A stretch of DNA of 64,000 nucleotides from Alphaproteobacteria bacterium (GTDB lineage Bacteria > Pseudomonadota > Alphaproteobacteria > JBFXJJ01), in assembly GCA_050175015.1 (NCBI GenBank), contig JBFXJJ010000003.1, forward strand, positions 64,001 to 128,000, read 5' to 3'. Shown in pieces: positions 9,419-19,820 of this stretch. The translations under genes were made by a program, and so were the position numbers. Numbering within the stretch: the first letter of the stretch is position 1; every line of letters begins with the position of its first letter. The notes under the pieces were generated by a model that worked only from the letters and a program-made list of their open reading frames with translations, did not search any database and had not been told where the DNA came from.

Positions 9419-11167
9419 ATGGAAAAGACACCATTCAAATTTTTGTGGCATTATGCCAAAAAGTTGAAAGCTTATGTTTTTTGGACAATAGGAATTTTAG
9501 CTTTTTCAGATTTGTTTTTAAGAATAGGATTTTTTTACGGTTCTAGGATAGTCGATGTTGTTCTAAAGACAGAAAATAAAGAAGCGGCTTTTTATCAAGC
9601 GCTTAAGCTAACCTTTCTGCTTGGTGTTTTTATGTTGGCATCGGGCATTATTCGAAATTTTTTAACTAATGTCCAAGCAAAGTATCAGCCATATTATATT
9701 CTGCTGGTTAGCAAAGATTTATTTTCATATGTTCATAAACATTCTCCAGCATTTTTTATTGAGGAAATGTCGGGCAGAATAGGCAGTAAAATTAATAATA
9801 TTATAAATGCCTGTTATCGGTCTTATTTTGATATTACCTTTGGGGTCGTTAACACTTCTTTGTGTTTATTAATAACCATAGCCTTTCTAGTAAAAATTAA
9901 TTTTTATATGGCACTGATTTTAACCGTCTATATGGCTCTATTTGTTCTTGTAATTGTAAAAATCAGTAAGGAAATAAGCTATTATTCAGAAAAATATGCG
10001 AACGCTAATTCTAAGGCAAACGGTATTTTAATTGACAGTTTTACTAATGTTTTAGAGGTTAAAAATTTTGGGACATATAACTTCGAAAAAAGGAATTATT
10101 TCAAAGCGCTGAAAAAAGTCAGAGAGGCAGATAAGCAGGAGATTTTGAAATACGCCAAGCTGTTTTATATTCAGGCTTTTATGCAAAAATTTTCCTTGGT
10201 TATGTTTTGGTTTCTTCCTTTGATATATTGGTATAAAGGAATGATAACAACCGCAGATTTTGTTTTTGTCGGCGTTTTAGTTAACGAACTTCAAGGTATG
10301 CTTAATATTGTTGGTTTTCAAACCGTTAATTTATTTAAACTTCGAGGTGAGATCGGAGATGCGCTTAAACTTTTGGCTCGTTCTCACGATATAAAAGATG
10401 CGATTGATGCTAAAAAGCTAAAAGTAGAAAAAGGAAATATCGAATTTTCTAAGGTTACGTTTAATTATAAGAAAACCGAACCGTTATTTGATAATCTGAA
10501 CGTCAAAATAGAGGCGGGTGAAAAGGTAGGCTTGGTTGGCAGATCAGGTTCTGGAAAATCGAGCTTTATTAAGCTCCTTTCAAGATATTATGATATTCAA
10601 AAAGGGCAAATATTAATTGATGGTGTTGATATAAAAGAAGTTACTCAAGAAAGTCTGCATAAAAATATCGCAATTATTCCGCAGGATATAACGTTGTTTA
10701 ATCGTCCTTTGATAGAAAATATTCGTTATGGCAATATTAAAGCCAGTGATGAAGAGGTTTTTAAAGCATCAAAGAAAGCTTATGTTGATGATTTTATTAA
10801 TAAACTGCCTGATAAATATGAAACCTTTGTCGGAGAACGAGGCGTTATGCTGTCAGGAGGACAACGGCAAAGAATAGCAATAGCTAGAGCAATATTGAAA
10901 AATGCTCCCATTTTAATTTTAGATGAAGCGACAAGTTCTTTAGATAGTGAATCAGAACAATATATTCAAAAATCAATTAAGTCTTTAATGAGAAACAAGA
11001 CCGTATTAGCAATAGCTCACAGACTTTCAACGCTAAGAGAAATGAACCGTATTTTAGTTTATGATGACGGCAGAATAGTTGAAGAGGGAACGCATCGGGA
11101 CTTGATTAAAAAGAATGGAATCTACAGCACCTTATGGGATATGCAGTCTGGAGAATTTGTTAGTTAA
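9419..11167 (+). CDS. ABC transporter, fused permease/ATPase (MsbA/MdlB-like exporter)
   Basis: N-terminal TM helices; Walker A GRSGSGKS, signature LSGGQRQR, Walker B ILILDEATS. Confidence 0.93.
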   Translation: MEKTPFKFLWHYAKKLKAYVFWTIGILAFSDLFLRIGFFYGSRIVDVVLKTENKEAAFYQALKLTFLLGVFMLASGIIRNFLTNVQAKYQPYYILLVSKDLFSYVHKHSPAFFIEEMSGRIGSKINNIINACYRSYFDITFGVVNTSLCLLITIAFLVKINFYMALILTVYMALFVLVIVKISKEISYYSEKYANANSKANGILIDSFTNVLEVKNFGTYNFEKRNYFKALKKVREADKQEILKYAKLFYIQAFMQKFSLVMFWFLPLIYWYKGMITTADFVFVGVLVNELQGMLNIVGFQTVNLFKLRGEIGDALKLLARSHDIKDAIDAKKLKVEKGNIEFSKVTFNYKKTEPLFDNLNVKIEAGEKVGLVGRSGSGKSSFIKLLSRYYDIQKGQILIDGVDIKEVTQESLHKNIAIIPQDITLFNRPLIENIRYGNIKASDEEVFKASKKAYVDDFINKLPDKYETFVGERGVMLSGGQRQRIAIARAILKNAPILILDEATSSLDSESEQYIQKSIKSLMRNKTVLAIAHRLSTLREMNRILVYDDGRIVEEGTHRDLIKKNGIYSTLWDMQSGEFVS

Positions 11168-11286
11168 GTTTAGGGCGTTTTACTTGTTTGTGACGATATA
11201 AAAAGGCCTATTGATACTTAGCCAAAAAGCAAAGTAAAAGCTAATAACGTGATAAAGAAAATTTTTAAGCTAAATACAGCTTGTGA

Positions 11287-12330
11287 TTAAAGATTTTTGT
11301 TAGCAATAATTTTAGCGAAAAAAGGGCTTAAAATAAGCACAAACATAAAGCGCAAAATTTGCATTGTCATAACAAAATCCGCATCAACCTTGCTGGAAGA
11401 TGCGATAATAGCAACGGTATCAGCACCTCCTGGACTTGTTGCAAGATAAGCGGTAAGCGGTTCAATATTCCAGAAGAAAACTAAACAAGCAGCGAGCAAG
11501 CCGCATAATCCTATTAGGGTGATAGTACAAAATAAAATGCGGGGTAAGGCTTTTACGGCGTGTTTTAACAGTTCAGGGGTAAAATTAAGTCCTATACGCC
11601 AGCCAATAAAAGCATAAGCAATGGCAAGTAGCGGTTTAGGGAGTTCAATAGTTATCAATCCGCAACGAGATAGGACAATTCCTGCTAGTAAGGATAAAAG
11701 AAGCCCCCCAGCTCTAAACTTTATGAAATGAGCGGTTAAACAGCAAAGAATAACTACTGCGGTCGTTTGTAATAATGGCAGCCACAATATTGTTTGCACC
11801 CAGACATTACTGGCAACGTGGTTGTAATTATTGTCACCCCATATTCTAGATGCTGTTGATGCGATTGTTGCTACGAGCAGAACTCTTAAATATTGCATAA
11901 AGGCAACAACCTGAGTGTCAGCACCATAGCTGTCCGCCATAATAGTCATTGCAGTTGCTGCTCCAGGACTAAGTCCCCAAGCTATGGTTGTCCCTGGAAG
12001 TATTTGGGTGCGCATCATAACGAGTCCTAAGATTGTGCTTAAGGCAACAACGGTTAGGGCGCCAACAATGAAAAACCACCAGTTAGTTTCAGAGCCGTTT
12101 TCAATTTGCATAGACGATACGGTTTGAGCAATCATACAGCCTGTAAAACCTTGTGCTAGATTATAAGCTGCGGCGTTAATGGAAATCTTATGTCCGTAAT
12201 TGGCAATTATAATACCCGAAACTAAAGGCCCCAAAAGAAAAGCGGCAGGAATTCCAAGCCAAGTCATTATCGAACTTAAAACTATTGATAAAAAAACAAG
12301 AGCTGCCACTTTTAGAATTTTATGAGGCAT
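11287..12330 (-). CDS. AbrB-family membrane protein (putative ammonia monooxygenase family)
   Basis: Duplicated hydrophobic halves with SPGAATAM and TSPGGADTV motifs, QYLR/QILRF; start set at MPHKILK. Confidence 0.85.
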   Translation of the reverse strand: MPHKILKVAALVFLSIVLSSIMTWLGIPAAFLLGPLVSGIIIANYGHKISINAAAYNLAQGFTGCMIAQTVSSMQIENGSETNWWFFIVGALTVVALSTILGLVMMRTQILPGTTIAWGLSPGAATAMTIMADSYGADTQVVAFMQYLRVLLVATIASTASRIWGDNNYNHVASNVWVQTILWLPLLQTTAVVILCCLTAHFIKFRAGGLLLSLLAGIVLSRCGLITIELPKPLLAIAYAFIGWRIGLNFTPELLKHAVKALPRILFCTITLIGLCGLLAACLVFFWNIEPLTAYLATSPGGADTVAIIASSSKVDADFVMTMQILRFMFVLILSPFFAKIIANKNL

Positions 12331-12487
12331 AAGGAAAAATCCTAGTTTAAATTTTTTATTTATTCTTGAGAAGGTTATGAACCATTTTAAAATGATAAGC
12401 AAATATTAAAATAAAAAAACATTGACAAGATGCGCTAGCCTATATATTAACCAGCCATGTTCAAATAAAGACAAAAGAGAGCCGCCA

Positions 12488-14068
12488 ATGACTAATAAAT
12501 GCTCTTTTAGTAGAACCGGCTATGATAATATTTTAATTATAGACTTTGGTTCTCAAGTAACTCAGCTTATAGCCAGAAGAGTGCGTGAGAGTGGAGTTTA
12601 CTGCGAGATTTGTCCTTTCAGTAGTGTTAATGAAGCTAAAATAACAGAGCTAAATCCCAAAGGAATCATCTTATCTGGAGGGCCGGCTTCCGTTACTTCT
12701 GATGGCAGTCCCAGAGTTCCTGATTTTGTTTTTAATCTAGGGCTTCCTATTTTAGGAATATGTTACGGGCAGCAGACAATGTGTTTGCAGCTTGGTGGAG
12801 CCGTCGAACGCTCTGACCACAAAGAATTTGGGCGTTCATATATTAATATTACGGACGATTGTGATTTATTTAAGGGTGTCTGGAGCAAGGGAGGCCGAGA
12901 ACTTGTTTGGATGTCTCACGGAGATCGTGTTGAGGCATTACCAAAAGGATTCAAAGTAGTAGCTAAATCTGTTGGCGCTCCTTGTGCTGTTGTGGCTGAT
13001 GATGTTAAAAAGTTTTATGGTGTTCAATTCCACCCCGAAGTTGTTCATACGCCTAAAGGCTCAAAGCTTCTTTACTCTTTTACGCATAAAATCTGTAAGT
13101 GCCAGAGTAATTGGAGTATGAATGCCTTTTTGGCTGATAAAATCGTTAAAATAAGAGAACAAGTCGGCAGTAAAAAAGTTATTTGCGGACTGTCGGGCGG
13201 CGTTGATTCTTCTGTAACTGCGGTTTTGCTTCATAGGGCGATAGGTGATCAACTTACGTGTATTTATGTCGATACAGGACTTATGCGTGAAGGTGAAACT
13301 ACTCAAGTAGTAGAAATGTTTCGTAACCAATATAATATTCCTTTAATTCACGAAGATGCTTCGGAAAGGTTTTTAACGGCATTAGATGGAGTAGAAGATC
13401 CTGAGACTAAGCGCAAAATTATCGGTTCAATGTTTATCGACGTTTTTGATGATTGTGCCAAAAGGATAGGGGGTGCTGATTTTCTTGCTCAAGGAACGCT
13501 TTATCCCGATGTTATTGAAAGTGTTTCATTTACAGGCGGTTCTCCTGTAACGATTAAATCCCATCATAATGTCGGCGGACTTCCTGAGCGTATGAAACTT
13601 AAATTGGTGGAGCCATTAAGAGAATTGTTTAAAGATGAGGTAAGAGATTTAGGAAGAGAATTAGGGCTTCCTGAATCTTTTATTAAAAGACACCCTTTTC
13701 CAGGTCCTGGTTTAGCTATTAGGATTCCAGGGGCAGTTAGTTCCGAAAAGCTCAAAATCTTACGTAAAGCCGATACCATTTATCTCGAAGAGATTAAAGC
13801 TGCCAATCTTTATGATACCATTTGGCAGGCTTTTGCTGTTCTGCTTCCGGTTCGTACTGTCGGAGTAATGGGCGATGAACGCAGTTATGATTATGTCTGC
13901 GCTCTTAGAGCTGTTACCTCAACCGATGGAATGACTGCTGATTATTTTCCTTTTGATTACGCTTTGTTAAGCAGAATTTCTAATCGCATCATAAACGAGG
14001 TTCGGGGAATTAATCGAGTTGTTTATGATGTTACCTCAAAACCACCTGGCACGATAGAATGGGAATAG
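12488..14068 (+). CDS. guaA: GMP synthase (glutamine-hydrolysing)
   Basis: [42 protein letters not shown]-terminal [10 protein letters not shown]. Confidence 0.98.
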   Translation: MTNKCSFSRTGYDNILIIDFGSQVTQLIARRVRESGVYCEICPFSSVNEAKITELNPKGIILSGGPASVTSDGSPRVPDFVFNLGLPILGICYGQQTMCLQLGGAVERSDHKEFGRSYINITDDCDLFKGVWSKGGRELVWMSHGDRVEALPKGFKVVAKSVGAPCAVVADDVKKFYGVQFHPEVVHTPKGSKLLYSFTHKICKCQSNWSMNAFLADKIVKIREQVGSKKVICGLSGGVDSSVTAVLLHRAIGDQLTCIYVDTGLMREGETTQVVEMFRNQYNIPLIHEDASERFLTALDGVEDPETKRKIIGSMFIDVFDDCAKRIGGADFLAQGTLYPDVIESVSFTGGSPVTIKSHHNVGGLPERMKLKLVEPLRELFKDEVRDLGRELGLPESFIKRHPFPGPGLAIRIPGAVSSEKLKILRKADTIYLEEIKAANLYDTIWQAFAVLLPVRTVGVMGDERSYDYVCALRAVTSTDGMTADYFPFDYALLSRISNRIINEVRGINRVVYDVTSKPPGTIEWE

Positions 14069-14072
14069 CAAT

Positions 14073-14552
14073 ATGACAGACAACTACACTTCAGATCTTT
14101 ATATTTCTTGGGACGAGCTGCAAAGTTACGCTCAAGCACTTGCTAGGCAAGTCTATCAGAAAGTTCCTTATATCAATAAAGTTTTAGCGGTTACAAGAGG
14201 CGGGCTTTTTCCTGCTGGTATTATTGCGAGAGAACTTAACATTAGGCAGGTCGATGCTATAAGTGTTGAATCTTATTATGAGCAGTCTCGGAATGAACCT
14301 AAAATTATTAAGGACTGCCAAGAAGAGTTTAGGGATACCGTGTTGGTTGTTGATGATTTAGTTGATACGGGAAGTACCTTTGGACTTTTAAGAAAACACA
14401 TTGAGAATGCCCATTTTGCTACCATATTTGCAAAACCTAACGGGATTAAAAGTGTAGATAGTTATTTTAGAGATGTTCCGCAGTCAACTTGGGTTAGGTT
14501 TCCTTGGGATACAACTAGACAATATTCTGCGCCTCTTATTAAAGATCGGTAG
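14073..14552 (+). CDS. gpt: Xanthine-guanine phosphoribosyltransferase
   Basis: ISWDEL, VTRGGLFP, PRPP motif VLVVDDLVDTGST, WVRFPWD; 4 bp after guaA. Confidence 0.92.
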   Translation: MTDNYTSDLYISWDELQSYAQALARQVYQKVPYINKVLAVTRGGLFPAGIIARELNIRQVDAISVESYYEQSRNEPKIIKDCQEEFRDTVLVVDDLVDTGSTFGLLRKHIENAHFATIFAKPNGIKSVDSYFRDVPQSTWVRFPWDTTRQYSAPLIKDR

Positions 14553-14739
14553 ATTATATAAGATTATTACTCTTATGACTAATAAAATAAAAACGAAGCG
14601 ATTATATCGTTATTAGTTGCTTAACTAAATAAATTAAGTTGAATTCTTTTAAACGATTGCTGAAAGAAGATATATTTGATTAGTTCTTCTTGTTATCATC
14701 TCAAAAGCTGTAATTAAATTTTGATAGGTTTGGCTGTAA

Positions 14740-15324
14740 ATGTTAGAAATAGGAACAGATGGCAAAAGACGCTGTTTTGGAAACAAAATAGGGCAAGAGT
14801 TTTATGCATATTACCACGATAATGAGTGGGGGGTGCCAGTTTATGATGACAGAATTTTATTTGAGATGTTGATTTTGGAAGGGGCTCAAGCAGGCTTAAG
14901 CTGGGAAACAGTCTTAAAAAAAAGAGAAGGCTATCGTAAAGCTTTTCATAATTTTGATGTTACTAAAGTTGCAGAGATGTCAGATGAGGAATTAAACGGT
15001 TTGTGCTGTAATCCTGAAATTATACGGAACCGCCTTAAAATATATTCTTCACGAAAAAACGCTAAAGTTTTTATAAACATTCAGCAAGAATTCGGAAGTT
15101 TTTCAAAATTCTTGTGGTCATTTGTAGATAACCAGCCGATAGTTAATCACTATAAAGCGTGGAAAGAGGTTTCAGCCAAAACAAAGCTTAGCGATACTAT
15201 TTCTAAAGAATTAAAGAAAAGAGGTATGAGTTTTGTTGGTTCCACAATAATTTATGCCTATATGCAAGCGGTCGGTATGGTTAATGACCATCTTGAAGAT
15301 TGCTGGTGCCGTCAAGAAAAATGA
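14740..15324 (+). CDS. tag: DNA-3-methyladenine glycosylase I
   Basis: YHDNEWG, LEGAQAGLSW, IIRNRLKI, GMVNDHLEDC. Confidence 0.96.
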   Translation: MLEIGTDGKRRCFGNKIGQEFYAYYHDNEWGVPVYDDRILFEMLILEGAQAGLSWETVLKKREGYRKAFHNFDVTKVAEMSDEELNGLCCNPEIIRNRLKIYSSRKNAKVFINIQQEFGSFSKFLWSFVDNQPIVNHYKAWKEVSAKTKLSDTISKELKKRGMSFVGSTIIYAYMQAVGMVNDHLEDCWCRQEK

Positions 15325-15420
15325 AAGAACGGCATCAAAGTTATAGCGAAATACATAAATAATTCCCAATAATACGCTTTAAATGGCTTTTTAGTAAAAA
15401 ATTGATGTTTATAAAGAATT

Positions 15421-15453
15421 AAAAAGCCCTCTTAATAAATAGAGGGCTTTTTT
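15421..15453. terminator. Bidirectional intrinsic terminator between tag and yjhX
   Basis: AAAAAGCCCTCT-N8-AGAGGGCTTTTTT between convergent genes. Confidence 0.85.
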
Positions 15454-15711
15454 TTATCTGTTGTCAAGTTGAGCTCTAACTGTTCGTATGCCTAATGACG
15501 TTATGCGATAAGGAAGGCTGTTTTTTGAAGCCACAAGACCTTTTTTACGCAATTTATTAAAAATAATCATAGTGCAATGTGTTAGTACCCAACCATCGCG
15601 ATTGAAACATAAAATTTTTATAATTTTATTTTTTTCATTTTTTTCGACTTTAATTAAGCCGCCTTGAGCCAACGCGTGTAGAACACGTTGCTCATCTTTT
15701 GAAATATTCAT
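15454..15711 (-). CDS. yjhX: YjhX/TopAI-family protein (UPF0386)
   Basis: MNISKDEQRVLHALAQGG...CFNRDGW...PYRITSLG...VRAQLDNR matches the family signature. Confidence 0.92.
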   Translation of the reverse strand: MNISKDEQRVLHALAQGGLIKVEKNEKNKIIKILCFNRDGWVLTHCTMIIFNKLRKKGLVASKNSLPYRITSLGIRTVRAQLDNR

Positions 15712-15805
15712 TTGGAAAGAAATCCCTGTTTTTTGCCATAATTAAAAAGCTGCAAAAACAAAAAGAAACGTTTTGCAGTAAATTCATAAGGCTAACTTTT
15801 TAGCC

Positions 15806-15832
15806 TTAGCAAAAAACAAGCTCTATAGACAT
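15806..15832 (-). CDS. 8-codon leader peptide MSIELVFC upstream of yjhX (toiL-like uORF)
   Basis: GGAG SD 5 nt before ATG; TATAAT upstream; 3' half of the uORF is complementary to the yjhX RBS region. Confidence 0.7.
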   Translation of the reverse strand: MSIELVFC

Positions 15833-15900
15833 AAAATCTCCGAAATTAAAAGAGACGTTAATTATAACCCAGAAAAGCAGCAAAATCAAACTAAAACCAT

Positions 15901-15953
15901 AAAAAATAACTAAAAGCTGATTGGGGAAGATTAAAATTCAGCTTTTAGTTATT
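15901..15953 (-). terminator. Terminator-like hairpin downstream of the alcohol dehydrogenase gene
   Basis: AATAACTAAAAGCTGA...TCAGCTTTTAGTTATT 16-bp inverted repeat. Confidence 0.65.
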
Positions 15954-15976
15954 AGGTAACGGAGGTTTGTTAGAAC

Positions 15977-17134
15977 CTATCCGTTGACTGCGGTTTGCAA
16001 AATGATACGGCTTTGTTTTAAATCAATATCGCCATGTTCTCCTAGAGAAGTGCGACCGTGAGCTTCTAATGTTTTCATAATAGGCTCAATGGCGTTTTCA
16101 TCTAAATCAACATCTTTGAGGGAAGTCGGGACTTGCATGGTTTTAAAGAATTTTATGGTTTCAGCAATAGCAGCTTCGATACGTTCGTCCTTGCTGCCTT
16201 GATTGATTCCAAGCACACGTTCTCCATATTGCAGAAGTTTTTGTTCTTTTTCTTTACGTTTTACCTTCATAACCGCAGGTAAAATTATGCTCAATGTGCG
16301 AGCATGATCAATCCCGAAATTGCCAGTAATTTCGTGACCAATCATATGAGTTGCCCAATCTTGAGGAACACCAACAGCAATCAGCCCGTTTAAAGCTAAC
16401 GTTGCTGACCACATAATATTAGATCTTGCTGCGAGGTCTTTAGGATTGAGTAATGCTTTAGGGCCTTCCTCCATGAGAGTCAAAAGAAGCCCTTCAGAGA
16501 AACGATCTTGAACTTTTCCTTCGGCAGGATAGGTTATGTATTGTTCCATAATGTGCACAAAAGCGTCAACTACACCGTTAGATGTTTGTCTTTGCGATAA
16601 AGAAAATGTTGTTTCTGGATCTAGAACAGCAAAATTGGGAATAACCAGAGGTGATGAAAAAAATAGTTTATCAATACCTCTTGATATAACGGCGCCAAAA
16701 TTGGATTCAGAACCAGTCGCAGGAAGGGTTAAAACACAGGCTAAAGGTACAGCATTATTAACTTGAGCAAACTTAGTGCAAAGTTCCCAAGGATCGCCAC
16801 CATCATAAAAGCAAGCAGCAGAAATAAATTTGCTGCCGTCTATTACCGACCCGCCGCCAACAGCTAAAATAAAATTGAAGCCTTCATCTTTAATTTTTTT
16901 TACAGCTTTCATAAGAGTATCATATTGAGGATTAGGTTCGATTCCTCCAAACTCTTCCCATTCATAGCCTGAAAGTGCTTTCTTTACTTGGTCATAGACC
17001 CCATTTTTTTTAATTGAGCCTCCGCCATAGGTTACAAGAATCTTTTTGCCTTTAGGAATAGCTCCTGCTATTTGTGCAATTTGACCTTTGCCAAAGATGA
17101 TTTTAGTTGGATTATAAAATGTAAAATTTTCCAT
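15977..17134 (-). CDS. yqhD: Iron-containing NADPH-dependent alcohol/aldehyde reductase (YqhD/BdhA-like)
   Basis: NPTKIIFGKG, GGGSIKKNG, AVGGGSVIDGSK, TLPATGSE, QDWATHMIGHE, HARTL; divergent from an AraC regulator as in yqhC-yqhD. Confidence 0.88.
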   Translation of the reverse strand: MENFTFYNPTKIIFGKGQIAQIAGAIPKGKKILVTYGGGSIKKNGVYDQVKKALSGYEWEEFGGIEPNPQYDTLMKAVKKIKDEGFNFILAVGGGSVIDGSKFISAACFYDGGDPWELCTKFAQVNNAVPLACVLTLPATGSESNFGAVISRGIDKLFFSSPLVIPNFAVLDPETTFSLSQRQTSNGVVDAFVHIMEQYITYPAEGKVQDRFSEGLLLTLMEEGPKALLNPKDLAARSNIMWSATLALNGLIAVGVPQDWATHMIGHEITGNFGIDHARTLSIILPAVMKVKRKEKEQKLLQYGERVLGINQGSKDERIEAAIAETIKFFKTMQVPTSLKDVDLDENAIEPIMKTLEAHGRTSLGEHGDIDLKQSRIILQTAVNG

Positions 17135-17210
17135 AAGGCTGCTTTCCCCCAATTATAATTTGTCAGAGGCATTATTATGGCATCAATAACAAAAAATAAA
17201 ATATTTATTT

Positions 17211-17240
17211 CTATCAAAAGCTTGCCTAAAGCTATCAAAA
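17211..17240. promoter_or_regulatory. Putative AraC-type tandem binding site between yqhD and yqhC
   Basis: Direct repeat CTATCAAAA at 17211 and 17232 (21-bp period, typical of AraC half-sites). Confidence 0.45.
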
Positions 17241-17273
17241 AAAGTTTATTTTGCTGGCGTATTTTATAAAATA

Positions 17274-18197
17274 ATGCATAATGGTATCGTTATGTTAAAT
17301 GAAATGAGTGCGCTTGCAGAAACAATAGTTGGTGAAAATATCGGCATCTTTGATACGAATATTAGAGGTGTGCGTATTTTCCGTCTCACAGAGACTACAA
17401 TAAAAAGACCTTTTCCCTATAACGCTAGTATCGTTATCGTTTTGCGTGGGAAAAAAATAGGCTACATTCAAGATAGAGAAATTCATTATAATGATAATAA
17501 TTATTTAGTTTTAGCAGCACCAATACCATTAGAATGCAGGGCTTTTGCTACGCCTGAAAAACCGCTTGTTGGCATTAGTATTGATATTAACCTTGGAATC
17601 TTACAAGAAATTTGGCGTAATTTAGATCCCAATTATCTTGCTCAGAAAATCAAAACTGCGAATTTTGTTGAGGTTGCGCAATCGTCGCCTCTTACAGATG
17701 AAATGAAATATGTTATTAAACGCCTTTTAAATATTCTTAGTGATAGTGAAAAATCAAAAGTTTTAGGTGATAGTATTGTTAAAGAACTATATTATCAGGT
17801 TTTGAAAGAAGAACAGGGAGAAGCTCTTTACGCACTTGCTAATGATAATAATGATTTTACTAAATTAGTTCAGGTTTTAATCAAAATTAATAACAACATT
17901 GCAGGGCAAATTACCGTTGGCAAAATGGCAGAAGACGCTAATATGAGTATTCCGAGCTTTCATAGAAAGTTTAAGAAGTTTACCGGAGATACCCCCGTAC
18001 AATTTTTTAAAAAAGCACGTTTAAGCAGAGCAAAGAGCCTTATTGACCAGCGTGGAATGAAAATCAATGAAGCCGCCCAAGCTGTTGGGTACGAAAGCTA
18101 TTCTCAATTTAGTAGAGAGTTTAAAAGAGTTTTTGGATATCAGCCAAGGATATTAAAGCATCGAGACACTCTGAATGATGACTATCTTAGAGAATAG
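17274..18197 (+). CDS. yqhC: AraC-family regulator (YqhC-like)
   Basis: N-terminal AraC_N-like domain; C-terminal MSIPSFHRKFK...VGYESYSQFSREFKRVFG. Confidence 0.85.
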   Translation: MHNGIVMLNEMSALAETIVGENIGIFDTNIRGVRIFRLTETTIKRPFPYNASIVIVLRGKKIGYIQDREIHYNDNNYLVLAAPIPLECRAFATPEKPLVGISIDINLGILQEIWRNLDPNYLAQKIKTANFVEVAQSSPLTDEMKYVIKRLLNILSDSEKSKVLGDSIVKELYYQVLKEEQGEALYALANDNNDFTKLVQVLIKINNNIAGQITVGKMAEDANMSIPSFHRKFKKFTGDTPVQFFKKARLSRAKSLIDQRGMKINEAAQAVGYESYSQFSREFKRVFGYQPRILKHRDTLNDDYLRE

Positions 18198-18333
18198 CGG
18201 TTTAAAGCGAATATAACTTATGGCGCATAGCAATTAAATAAAACGGTTCTTGTTTTTTGACTTAGGCATAGCAATAACAGCATATATGAATTGTTTTGAC
18301 TGTTATAATCTGTTTTTTAGGTTGTAAACTAAT

Positions 18334-19713
18334 TTAGCAAGAGATAACGTTTACCGCAAGACCGCCTTTAGATGTCTCCTTGTATTTTTCCTGCATATCA
18401 AGTCCTGTCTGACGCATAGTTTCTATTGCTTTGTCAAGCGATACCATATGCGTGCCATCACCTTTTAGTGATAAGCGAGCAGCATTTATAGCCTTGATTG
18501 CTCCCATAGCATTGCGTTCAATGCACGGAACTTGCACAAGTCCTGCTACAGGATCGCATGTAAGCCCTAAATTATGCTCGATGCCGATTTCGGCTGCATT
18601 TTCAATTTGTTCATTCGTCCCCCCAATCGCTGCAACCAGTCCTGCTGCTGCCATAGAGCAGGCTACGCCAACTTCGCCTTGACATCCGACTTCAGCTCCA
18701 GAAATAGAAGCGTTGTTTTTATAAAGATTAGCAATCGCGGTTGCTGCCATAAAAAAGTCGATAATGCCCTTTTCATTAGATGTTGGGCAGTATCGTTCGT
18801 AATATCTTAAAACAGCGGGGATAATTCCTGCGGCTCCGTTAGTTGGAGCTGTTACAACCTGTCCACCAGATGCATTTTCTTCATTAACTGCGATTGCCCA
18901 TAGATTAACCCAATCCATAATATCAAGAGGATCATATTGATTTTTTTCAAAACGCTTTTGCAGGTTAGTGTAGAGTTCTTTAGCACGTCTTTTAACGTTT
19001 AAGCCTCCAGGCAAAACCCCCTCTTTGCTGCAGCCTCTATCAATACAGTTATTCATAACATCTCTGATATAGAGTATTTTTTCTTTTACCTCTTCCTTGG
19101 GCATTTCGGTTATTTCGTTTTGCATCATCATATCAGCAATAGATAATTTGCTTTTATGCCCTAAAGTGAGTAACTCAGCTGATGAGGCAAAATTATAAGG
19201 CCCAGGGGTTGCAGGCACAATATTTTTGCCTTTATTGTAATCTCTCTCGGTTGTTACAAATCCTCCGCCAATAGAATAATAAACATCACTGAAAATAAGG
19301 TTGTTGTTTTCATCGAAAGCACTAAATTTCAATCCATTGGAATGCAAAGGAAGGGTTTCATTTTTATGGAGGCAGATATCGTCTTGATGATTATATGATA
19401 TTTTCTTTTTATCATTTAAGAGAATATGATGCTCTCTTTTTACGTCATCAATTAAAAGCGGCACCAAGTCACAATTGACGGTTTCAGGCATTTGTCCCAT
19501 TAAGCCTAAGATAACAGCATCTAAAGTTCCGTGTCCTTGACCAGTTAGAGCTAAAGAGCCATAAAGATCAGTTTGAACTCTTTCGGTTTTTTCAAAAATT
19601 TTTTTGTTTTCAAGATTAGTTAGAAAAGAGTAAGCAGCCCTCATTGGACCTATAGTATGAGAACTTGAAGGGCCAATTCCTATTTTGAAAATATCAAAGA
19701 TACTAACGAGCAT
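18334..19713 (-). CDS. sdaA: L-serine ammonia-lyase, Fe-S dependent
   Basis: [53 protein letters not shown]. Confidence 0.97.
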   Translation of the reverse strand: MLVSIFDIFKIGIGPSSSHTIGPMRAAYSFLTNLENKKIFEKTERVQTDLYGSLALTGQGHGTLDAVILGLMGQMPETVNCDLVPLLIDDVKREHHILLNDKKKISYNHQDDICLHKNETLPLHSNGLKFSAFDENNNLIFSDVYYSIGGGFVTTERDYNKGKNIVPATPGPYNFASSAELLTLGHKSKLSIADMMMQNEITEMPKEEVKEKILYIRDVMNNCIDRGCSKEGVLPGGLNVKRRAKELYTNLQKRFEKNQYDPLDIMDWVNLWAIAVNEENASGGQVVTAPTNGAAGIIPAVLRYYERYCPTSNEKGIIDFFMAATAIANLYKNNASISGAEVGCQGEVGVACSMAAAGLVAAIGGTNEQIENAAEIGIEHNLGLTCDPVAGLVQVPCIERNAMGAIKAINAARLSLKGDGTHMVSLDKAIETMRQTGLDMQEKYKETSKGGLAVNVISC

Positions 19714-19820
19714 TTTTTTGCCTCTTATTTTTTAAAGTTAAACTTGCTTATATCTTTCGTAAGCTAGAGCTCAAGAAAATTCAAGTGGCTATTTTAATAA
19801 TAAAAAAGATAGTATTAAAA

